32,000 nt of DNA from Candidatus Helarchaeota ASGARD archaeon Hel_GB_B (GTDB lineage Archaea > Asgardarchaeota > Lokiarchaeia > Helarchaeales > HEL-GB-B), in NCBI GenBank assembly GCA_005191425.1, contig SUPR01000003.1, forward strand, positions 36,986 through 68,985, written 5' to 3'. Below, piece after piece: positions 9,787-17,746 of the stretch. The position numbers and the translations under genes were made by a program. Numbering within the stretch: the first letter of the stretch is position 1; each line of letters begins with the position of its first letter. The notes under the pieces were generated by a model that did no database searches, was not told the DNA's origin, and saw only the letters and a program-made list of their open reading frames with translations.

Positions 9787-9807
9787 ATAAATAATAGAGG
9801 CTTTTTA

Positions 9808-10956
9808 ATGATCGCACCTCATGGTGGAAGATTAATAAATCGAATTTTAGGTAAAAAAGTTTGTAAAGGATTAGAAACTCAAAAGGATGAATTTCCAAAA
9901 CTCGTGTTAAATGAAGATAGAATAAAAGAAGTAAGAAACATTGCAAATGGTGTATTTAGTCCATTAGAAGGTTTTTTAACCCAAAATGATTTTTTATCAG
10001 TATTAGAATATGGTCGCTTATCTTCTGATGTTCCTTGGACAATTCCTATTGTTTTAGACATTGATATTGAGAAAAATGACAAATTTTCAGCCGGAGACGA
10101 GGTATTATTAATTGACAAAGATGAAAAAATAATTGCTATTTTAGAATGCGAGGAATTATATCAATATGACAAAAAAAAGATGGCAGAAAGTGTGTTTGGA
10201 ACTAACGATTTAGACCACCCAGGAGTACGCCAAGTCTATTCCATGAACGATTATTTAATAGGTGGAAAGGTTTCAATGATAGAATGTACACCTACTGTTT
10301 TTCCGCAATTAAATTTAACACCAAAAGAAACACGCGTCCTTTTTAAGGCGAAGGGATGGAAGAAAGTTGTAGCATTTCAAACTAGAAATCCACCCCACAT
10401 AGGGCATGAATATGTACAAAAAACAGCATTAACATTTATGGACGGAATTTTTATTAATCCAGTGGTCGGAAACAAAAAGCCGGGCGATTTTAAGGACGAA
10501 ATTATAATTGCATGCTATCAAGAACTAATTAAACAATATTATTTAAAAAATTCTGCGGTATTATCTATTTTTGAGACGCCTATGCGATATGCTGGACCAA
10601 AAGAGGCAATATATCATGCAATTGCTCGAAAAAATTTTGGGTGCACTCATATAATTATTGGTAGAGATCATGCTGGAGTAGGCAATTATTATGGCTCTTA
10701 TGACGCCCATAAAATATTTGATGAATACCCTGATCTAAAAATTGAGCCTCTTTTTTTCAGGTCATTTTTTAGGTGTACCAAATGTGGTACAGTTGTAAAT
10801 GAAAAAATCTGTCCCCATGATGAGAAATTTCACATAAATTTTAGTGGTACCAAAATACGTAAAATGATCCAAAATAAAGTACTTATTCCAAATGACTTGA
10901 TGAGACCTGAAATTGCAAAAATAATTTTAAATACAAAGAATCCCTTTGTTGAATAA
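9808..10956 (+). CDS. sat: Sulfate adenylyltransferase (ATP sulfurylase)
   Basis: PHGGRL, FSPLEGF, FQTRNPPHIGH, MRYAGPKEA, IIGRDHAGVG, SGTKIR. Confidence 0.97.
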   Translation: MIAPHGGRLINRILGKKVCKGLETQKDEFPKLVLNEDRIKEVRNIANGVFSPLEGFLTQNDFLSVLEYGRLSSDVPWTIPIVLDIDIEKNDKFSAGDEVLLIDKDEKIIAILECEELYQYDKKKMAESVFGTNDLDHPGVRQVYSMNDYLIGGKVSMIECTPTVFPQLNLTPKETRVLFKAKGWKKVVAFQTRNPPHIGHEYVQKTALTFMDGIFINPVVGNKKPGDFKDEIIIACYQELIKQYYLKNSAVLSIFETPMRYAGPKEAIYHAIARKNFGCTHIIIGRDHAGVGNYYGSYDAHKIFDEYPDLKIEPLFFRSFFRCTKCGTVVNEKICPHDEKFHINFSGTKIRKMIQNKVLIPNDLMRPEIAKIILNTKNPFVE

Positions 10957-10974
10957 ATAATTGGAGAACAAATA

Positions 10975-12372
10975 ATGTCTAATAAACTTATTGTTATTGG
11001 TTTAGATTGTGCTGTCCCTGATTTAGTTTTCAATAAATTCATTAATGACCTACCAAATTTAAGATATTTAATTGACCATGGCATTTCAGCTCCTATGCGG
11101 TCGTCTGACCCACCAATTACTATTCCTGCATGGTTGATTATGTGTACTGGTGTTGATGCAGGATTTCTTGGACTTTATGGTTTTAGACATCGTTTAAATA
11201 ATTCATATACAGACATCTGGATAGCTAATACTCAAAAGGTAAAAATGCAGAAGGTATGGGATATTTTAGGCGACTTCGGATTAAAAAGCTGTCTAATAGG
11301 TATTCCCCCATCTTATCCAATTAAAAGAAATGAAGGATGGACAATTTCTTGTTTTATTACCCCCGATACAACAAAGCAATATACTCATCCAAAAGAGTTG
11401 AAACAAGAAATTGAAGCATTAGTCGGCGAATATATGTTCGACGTTGAATTCAGGACTGATTTAAAGGACAAATTGATAAAAGGCTTATTTGAAATGACTA
11501 AAAGGAGACATAAGGTGATCAAATATCTTTTAAAAGAAAAACCTTGGGACTTTTTCATGTTTGTGGAGATAGGACTTGATAGAGTTCAACACGCGTTTTG
11601 GAAATTTTTTGACGAAAAACACATTAGACATAAACCTGGTAAATATTCTAAAGTAATTCCGGACTATTATCGCCTGTTGGACAAACAAATAGGTGAAATT
11701 CTTGATTTAATAGATGATGATACAAAAGTTTTAGTAGTATCCGACCATGGTGGAAAAGCAATGAGTGGGTGCTTCTGTATAAATGAATGGTTGATAAAAG
11801 AAGGCTACTTAGTACTAAGAAATTACCCACAGAAAATGACCCGTCTCGAAGAATGTGATATTGATTGGAGTAAGACTAAAGCTTGGGGCTGGGGCGGATA
11901 TTATGCAAGGATATTTTTCAACGTTAAAGGTAGAGAGCCACAAGGTATTATTGATCCGGAAAATCTAGAGCAAGAAAAAATGGAATTGATTGAAAAAATT
12001 ATGCAGATAAAAGACCCTAATGGTCGAATAATGAAAAATAAAGTCTACGAGCCTAAAGATTTATACAAAATAGTTAAGGGCGATCCTCCCGACCTAATGG
12101 TCTATTTTGATGATTTATATTGGCGTTCCGCTGGGACTATTGGTCATAATAAATTATTTTTAGAAGAAAATGATACTGGACCCGATGACTTAGTCCATGA
12201 TTATTATGGAATTTTTATCCTATATGACCCCAAAATTAAGAAAAAAATACGTCTCGATAATGTTTCAATATTTGATATATCTCCTACAATCTTAAATATC
12301 TTTGATTTAGATGTCCCCGGATACATGAAGGGAAACATAATAGGTTATGGGAAAAATAATGGTCAAGTATAA
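10975..12372 (+). CDS. Alkaline-phosphatase-superfamily protein (type I phosphodiesterase / COG3379-like)
   Basis: VIGLDCA, PPITIPAW..MCTG (Thr nucleophile), GLDRVQH, VVSDHGG, C-terminal GPDDLVHDYYGIF. Confidence 0.85.
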   Translation: MSNKLIVIGLDCAVPDLVFNKFINDLPNLRYLIDHGISAPMRSSDPPITIPAWLIMCTGVDAGFLGLYGFRHRLNNSYTDIWIANTQKVKMQKVWDILGDFGLKSCLIGIPPSYPIKRNEGWTISCFITPDTTKQYTHPKELKQEIEALVGEYMFDVEFRTDLKDKLIKGLFEMTKRRHKVIKYLLKEKPWDFFMFVEIGLDRVQHAFWKFFDEKHIRHKPGKYSKVIPDYYRLLDKQIGEILDLIDDDTKVLVVSDHGGKAMSGCFCINEWLIKEGYLVLRNYPQKMTRLEECDIDWSKTKAWGWGGYYARIFFNVKGREPQGIIDPENLEQEKMELIEKIMQIKDPNGRIMKNKVYEPKDLYKIVKGDPPDLMVYFDDLYWRSAGTIGHNKLFLEENDTGPDDLVHDYYGIFILYDPKIKKKIRLDNVSIFDISPTILNIFDLDVPGYMKGNIIGYGKNNGQV

Positions 12373-12898
12373 AGGAGTTACCGTCTGGTTTACTGGACTA
12401 TCTGGGTCTGGAAAGTCTACAATTGCGGACTCTTTAAAGGAAAAACTTAAATCTATGGGAATTAAAAGGGTTGAAAGAATTGACGGCGATGTTCTTAGAA
12501 AAACTTTATGCAAAGATCTTGGCTTTACAAAAGAAGACCGCAATACGAACATTGAAAGAGTTATTTTTATTGCTAAATTATTGACTAGAAATGATGTTAT
12601 TGTATTAACAAGCTTTATTTCTCCTTATAGAAAATTGAGAAATATTGGAAAAAAGGAAATCAAAAATTTCATCGAAGTTTACGTGAAGTGCCCTTTAGAA
12701 GAATGTATTAAACGCGACCCAAAAGGACTATATAAAAAGGCATTAAACAATGAGATCCAAAATTTTACTGGGATATCTGACCCCTATGAAGAACCAAAAA
12801 ATCCAGACCTAATTTTATATACTGATAAAGAAACCGTTGATGAAAGCGTACAAAAAGTTCTCAACATAATCATAGAAAAAGGTTATATCGAAATTTAA
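12347..12898 (+). CDS. cysC: Adenylylsulfate kinase
   Basis: VWFTGLSGSGKSTIA, IDGDVLR, DLGFTKEDR, RDPKGLYKKA, FTGISDPYEEP. Overlaps the upstream stop. Confidence 0.97.
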   Translation: MGKIMVKYKGVTVWFTGLSGSGKSTIADSLKEKLKSMGIKRVERIDGDVLRKTLCKDLGFTKEDRNTNIERVIFIAKLLTRNDVIVLTSFISPYRKLRNIGKKEIKNFIEVYVKCPLEECIKRDPKGLYKKALNNEIQNFTGISDPYEEPKNPDLILYTDKETVDESVQKVLNIIIEKGYIEI

Positions 12899-12983
12899 TA
12901 TAAAATTTATTCAATAAAGCAAAAATAATTTATTTGAAGCTATGTAATTTGTAATATCTTTTATTATATTTTAAAAAATAAAT

Positions 12984-14504
12984 TTAAATTTTTATTCTTC
13001 TTATAGCTTGCGTGATTTTCTTTTTTTCAGTTAAATCTTTAAGATTTCTTTCGGAAATCTCCTTTTCTTTAAGGTGCATTACTATCTTATTTCTAAAGAT
13101 GCGATTTAATTTTGGATATTCCTTAATTACATTAATTTTTTCTTCAGGGTCGTTTTCTAAATCATACAATTCTTCATTCATAGTTTCTTCGTTTATAATA
13201 TATTTCCATTTAGAAGTTCGATATGAAATTATCCTTTTAATGGATGGGTCGTGCAAATTTGAAAATCTTGTAATACCTTCTTTATGAAATGTTTCACTAA
13301 ATACTCCTTTATGGATTGGGTCATCTTGAATTTCCTGGTCGTAATAAATTAAGTCAGCAAAACTTTTTCCAGTGAAACTTGGCTCCGGAGGTAATCCTAA
13401 CAATTTTAATATTGTAGGTGCAAGATCTCTCATATCTATGATATTTTTAATATCTTTTTGCTTTATTTTTTTAAGCTTTTTTAATTCATTACTAATGAAA
13501 ATTAATGGAACTCTTAGTATTTCGTCATGTAATTGTGCATTATGCCCATATGCTCCTCTTTCATAGAATTCTTCTCCATGGTCTGCAGTGATAACTGTAA
13601 GCGTATTTTTTAACCAATTTCTATTTTTTCGATTTAATTTCTTAAAAAATCTCCTGATTTTTGCATCCGCATATCTAATTTCCGCATCATACAAATTTAA
13701 TAACTTATCTGTCATTTTATATTCGCGTAATATTTCCATATATTCAGGGTGTTCTCGTATATATTTTATTTCTTTTAATGTTAATTTGTCTGCTTTTATC
13801 TTTTTAAGAAATCTTTTATAAGGAAAATACGGATCATGGGGTTCCATTAAGTGAACCCATAAAAAATATGGTTTTTTCTGTCTATTTTCTCCCATATTGT
13901 ATTTTTTTAACCATACAAATGCTTTATGGAGTAGTATTTTTGCGTTTTCATAGTATTCTTTTCTCCCAATAAATTTCGTATAAAACGCAACTTGAAAATA
14001 ATATTGAAACTTTTTGGGAATTTTTATACTTTGGAAAAAATTCATGATATTATTTAATAATGACCCTTTCGTCATAAACTTGCTTAATAAACTATTTTTA
14101 ATTGTGCTATCGCTATTAGTTAACATGGCATCATAAAATATATCAAATCCTCTATCATATCCATAAAATCTTGATAATAATGGCGTAGAGTGAATAGCAA
14201 CTGTTATATATCCACGACTCTGTAGAACTTCTGCTAATGTCGTCTTATTCTCAGGTAATGGTGAATATCCCCCTTGATGGAATGGATAAGTCGAAGTAAA
14301 TATAGAAGAAAATGATGGTGGAGTACAAGGACCATTTGAAATAACTTGTCGGAAAAAGAAACCCTTCCTAGCTAGTTTATCAAGATATGGTGTAGTCTTT
14401 TTTTCATAACCCATAATACTTAGGTGATCTAACCTTAAGGCATCAATTGTAATTAATAACAAATTCATTTTTCGTTTATTCATTTTTTTACCCTTATCTT
14501 TCAT
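12984..14504 (-). CDS. Sulfatase-like AlkP-superfamily hydrolase/transferase (Thr nucleophile, no CxPxR)
   Basis: ITIDALRLDH, NGPCTPPSFSSIFTS, WVHLMEPHDPY, YDAEIRYAD, TADHGEEF, ELYDLENDPEE. Confidence 0.88.
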   Translation of the reverse strand: MKDKGKKMNKRKMNLLLITIDALRLDHLSIMGYEKKTTPYLDKLARKGFFFRQVISNGPCTPPSFSSIFTSTYPFHQGGYSPLPENKTTLAEVLQSRGYITVAIHSTPLLSRFYGYDRGFDIFYDAMLTNSDSTIKNSLLSKFMTKGSLLNNIMNFFQSIKIPKKFQYYFQVAFYTKFIGRKEYYENAKILLHKAFVWLKKYNMGENRQKKPYFLWVHLMEPHDPYFPYKRFLKKIKADKLTLKEIKYIREHPEYMEILREYKMTDKLLNLYDAEIRYADAKIRRFFKKLNRKNRNWLKNTLTVITADHGEEFYERGAYGHNAQLHDEILRVPLIFISNELKKLKKIKQKDIKNIIDMRDLAPTILKLLGLPPEPSFTGKSFADLIYYDQEIQDDPIHKGVFSETFHKEGITRFSNLHDPSIKRIISYRTSKWKYIINEETMNEELYDLENDPEEKINVIKEYPKLNRIFRNKIVMHLKEKEISERNLKDLTEKKKITQAIRRIKI

Positions 14505-14703
14505 TGTGGTTTTCTGTTTTTGGTTTAAATTATTTCAATGATTAATCAATCAAATATTATAATTTTATGTCTATATAGAGTAAGAAAAATAATAATTTAC
14601 TTGAATTTAAAGTTTACATATCTCTATAATTATTTTTTTTTTAAATTGCAAATCTGCTCCTATCAAACGCAAAAAATTCTAAATAATATTTACTTTTTTT
14701 TAT

Positions 14704-15561
14704 TCAAATAAAATTAACTGGGACTCTATTCAAATCAAACCCAAGCAATTCTGGATTTATTCCTAAAGCTAATCCTAATAATTGTGTATAATAAAGTACT
14801 GGGATTTCATATTTTTCATTATATTTTTGTTCAACCTTCATTTGCATCACGTCTAATTGAACCGCGCAAAAAGGACAAATTGTAATAAAGCAGTCTGCAC
14901 CGGCTTCTTTTGCACCAATAAATTTATTGCGGACCATTTTTAAACTCAAATCTTCATTAATTCCCAAAATAGGCCCACCACAACATTGATCTTTAAATCT
15001 CCATTCTATTGGTTTTGCTCCGGTTATTATTGTTAAATTCTCAAGTATCTTAGGATTTTCCGGGTCATCTAAATTTGCAACATCTGATGGCCGTATTGCA
15101 TGACATCCATAATGTATTGCAACTTTTAAATTGTCCAATGGATTAACTATTTTATTTTTTATAAAATCAATACCAAGATCTGTATATAAAACTTCTATAA
15201 AGTGTTTTACCTTAATTGTACCATTATATATTAAATTGGTCTCACTCAATATTTCATTAATTTCATTTTTTAAATTTGATTTTGAGTCAAGAATATGTTT
15301 TGAATCTTTAAGGGTAGAAAAGCAACCATTACACAAAGTTACTAAGTCCATATCATCTTTTTCAGCAAGAGCTAAATTATATGCTCCTAATGACAGCCAT
15401 GTTTTAATATCTACAGATTTTATATTTACTGTTCCACAACAAACTGCGTTTTGTAATTCTATAAGTTCTATATTTAATGCTTTAGCTACCTGTCTTGCCG
15501 AAGCATCATAATTATTCATTCTTGCAGGTATTGTACACCCTGTATAGTATAAATATCGCAT
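14704..15561 (-). CDS. hdrB: CoB--CoM heterodisulfide reductase subunit B
   Basis: Two CCG domains: YYTGC, VCCG, TLCNGC, HYGCH, QCCGG, TICPFC. Confidence 0.95.
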   Translation of the reverse strand: MRYLYYTGCTIPARMNNYDASARQVAKALNIELIELQNAVCCGTVNIKSVDIKTWLSLGAYNLALAEKDDMDLVTLCNGCFSTLKDSKHILDSKSNLKNEINEILSETNLIYNGTIKVKHFIEVLYTDLGIDFIKNKIVNPLDNLKVAIHYGCHAIRPSDVANLDDPENPKILENLTIITGAKPIEWRFKDQCCGGPILGINEDLSLKMVRNKFIGAKEAGADCFITICPFCAVQLDVMQMKVEQKYNEKYEIPVLYYTQLLGLALGINPELLGFDLNRVPVNFI

Positions 15562-16107
15562 CTAATCTCCTTTATCATTAGATTTAAATAATTTCATTAT
15601 TCCTATTTTATTAAAAATCTTCTTAATTGCATTTTTATCAAAAGGACTTACTTCTGGTAATCCTAAATCTTCTCTTTCTTCTTCTTGGAAATCAGTAACT
15701 TCAATAGCCCTTCCATTTTCATAAATTGCTGCTGTGAATAACTTAATACTTTTCGGATATAATCCATGTGATGTAGCAATATTCTTTAAACCAAAAAAAA
15801 TATCAGTAATTTTAACATTCTGAGGGCATCGTTCTTGACAAATATAACATGTCAAACATAACCATATCGCATTACAATTAATTACTTTATTTATTAATGA
15901 TAATGAAATCATCTGCATTATTTGATGTGGCATTAGATCAAAAGCATTAGAAATTGGACAAGAGGCAGTACATGTTGTACATTGAAAACAGTATTTTAAA
16001 CTTTTAATATCAATATCTGGTAATTTAAAAAGTTTCTCTTTAAATTCTAAATCTGTTGCGCCCAAATCAAATATTTCATTTGTTGTTATTTCAATATTTC
16101 TTACCAA
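15562..16107 (-). CDS. hdrC: Heterodisulfide reductase subunit C
   Basis: CFQCTTCTASCP and CLTCYICQERCP ferredoxin motifs; TTG start; abuts hdrB. Confidence 0.93.
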   Translation of the reverse strand: MVRNIEITTNEIFDLGATDLEFKEKLFKLPDIDIKSLKYCFQCTTCTASCPISNAFDLMPHQIMQMISLSLINKVINCNAIWLCLTCYICQERCPQNVKITDIFFGLKNIATSHGLYPKSIKLFTAAIYENGRAIEVTDFQEEEREDLGLPEVSPFDKNAIKKIFNKIGIMKLFKSNDKGD

Positions 16108-16144
16108 TTTGATTCAAATCCCAAAAAATTTAGATTTATTTAGA
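15871..16144. repeat. Direct repeat copy A: 5' half of intact hdrC plus a relic of the upstream gene's 3' end
   Basis: Aligns by eye with 17505-17777 at an offset of ~1633-1635 nt, e.g. gaaatcatctgcattatttgatg and aaatatttcatttgttgttatttca are identical in both copies. Confidence 0.92.
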
Positions 16145-16417
16145 ACAAAAACAAATAAATTAATGAATATTTGCAATATATCTATTTTTAAAGATTTACT
16201 GAAACTCCTAATCTTTACTAAATTTTTCTCGGAAACCATTATCCCGTTAATATAATTAATATTTGTTTTTAGATATCAATAGGATTTACTATTAATCATT
16301 TAATAAATTTATTATATTTATTATTTCTAACACCTTTATTTATAAATAATAGATAAATATTCAAAATTTCGATTAATACATTTGTAATATATCTATTTCC
16401 TCTTATAATAAAAAAAA

Positions 16418-16807
16418 TCAATATTTTTCAATTTTTAAGTTTTTTATTCTATTAAAGTGTTTAATATTTTTAGTTACCAAATCTAAATTATTTGACAAAC
16501 AAATACCTGCAATGAATAAATCTCTTATATCAATTAATTTTCCAGATTTTTTTAGAGATGCCAGAATAATGCTGGATTCCGTGGCAGCTTTCTCATTAAA
16601 ATTAAAAATTTCTAGATTTGATAGTAATTTTTTTACTTCATTGACATTATTTTCTTTATTTACTGATATATTTGCACCATATAATAATTCAAAAATATTA
16701 ATAGCCGTTGTAGATAAAGGCTCGTGTTCCAGTTCTTTCAATTTTTTTAAAGCTTCAATTTTTCCTCTCAAAAAATCGATTAACAGGTTTGTATCAAGAC
16801 ATTTCAT
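16418..16807 (-). CDS. vapC: VapC PIN-domain toxin (ribonuclease)
   Basis: CLDTNLLID, TTAINIFEL, IRDLFIAG, LVTKNIKHF. Confidence 0.93.
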   Translation of the reverse strand: MKCLDTNLLIDFLRGKIEALKKLKELEHEPLSTTAINIFELLYGANISVNKENNVNEVKKLLSNLEIFNFNEKAATESSIILASLKKSGKLIDIRDLFIAGICLSNNLDLVTKNIKHFNRIKNLKIEKY

Positions 16808-16838
16808 TAATATCCCATATTAAAATTCATAAATACAA

Positions 16839-17057
16839 TTAAACATTTATTTTCCAACTATCCCATAAATTTTTAAGATCTTTTTCTATTTCAAGGTATT
16901 CGTCATCATTCATTTGAAATTTACCAAAACTTTCCATTATACGACCAAATCTTTTAGTTAATCTAAGAATAACATCTGAAAAGCTTTCATTTTTTAGTTT
17001 TTCTTTTAACAAAGCATTGTATGCCTCTTCAGAAATAGTTATTGTTTTAGAACCCAT
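16839..17057 (-). CDS. vapB: VapB antitoxin (archaeal DUF217-like)
   Basis: MGSKTITISEEAYNALLKEKLKNESFSDVILRL; directly upstream of vapC. ATG at 17057 is preferred over the track start at 17078. Confidence 0.88.
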   Translation of the reverse strand: MGSKTITISEEAYNALLKEKLKNESFSDVILRLTKRFGRIMESFGKFQMNDDEYLEIEKDLKNLWDSWKINV

Positions 17058-17504
17058 ATGTATATATTTAAATAACATTTATTTATAAAATTTTTTCTGT
17101 TTAAATGTATGTTTATGGATTGTTAAATGTTGTAGATAAACGAATACAACATAATTATTGTTAATAAGAGACTAAAAAGCAGCTTCAACAAATTTTAATT
17201 GATTTTCCATGGTAATTATCCAATATTTGAATAAGCTTATAAATTATAGATATATTTATCCAATCATTTTATTTAATTTCAATGTATTTACTTAATTAAA
17301 TGAATAAAAAATGAATTTTAAGTTATATTTTCCTTTTTGAGATAATTGAACATAGTAATCAAAAACATTTTAAGAGCAATAAAGAGTTTAGACAAGGAAA
17401 TTCTGTTATCAAAAAATATATGGGCAAATGAAAAAATATGTTATTCAAGAAAATTAGTTTTTTTTAATCTTTAACACGACAAGGATCATGAACCTTCATA
17501 TTAA

Positions 17505-17740
17505 ATTACAATTAATAAACTTTATTTATTACTAATAGCGAAATCATCTGCATTATTTGATGCGGCATTAGATCAAAAGCATGAGAAAATGGAAAAAATA
17601 TAGTATATATAGTGTATTGAAAACAGTATTTTTTACTTTTAATATTAATACTTAGCAATTCAAAAGTTCATCTTTAAATTTTAAATCTATTGTGCCCGAA
17701 TAAATATTTCATTTGTTGTTATTTCAGTATTTCTTATCAA
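17505..17740 (-). pseudogene. hdrC: Decayed 5' fragment of hdrC (part of repeat copy B, 17505-17777)
   Basis: TTG start at 17740 matches hdrC TTG at 16107. It has small indels relative to copy A, CFQCTTCTASCP has become CFQYTIYTIFFP, and homology stops near 17500. Confidence 0.88.
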
Positions 17741-17746
17741 TTTGAT

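Noticed and set aside
16336-16349. Perfect palindrome TTATTTATAAATAA and similar A/T dyads in intergenic regions
   Set aside because: Expected by chance in spacers that are nearly all A/T; no supporting context.
16145-17504. IS element or integrase associated with the vapBC insertion
   Set aside because: No transposase/integrase ORF or terminal inverted repeats were recognisable.
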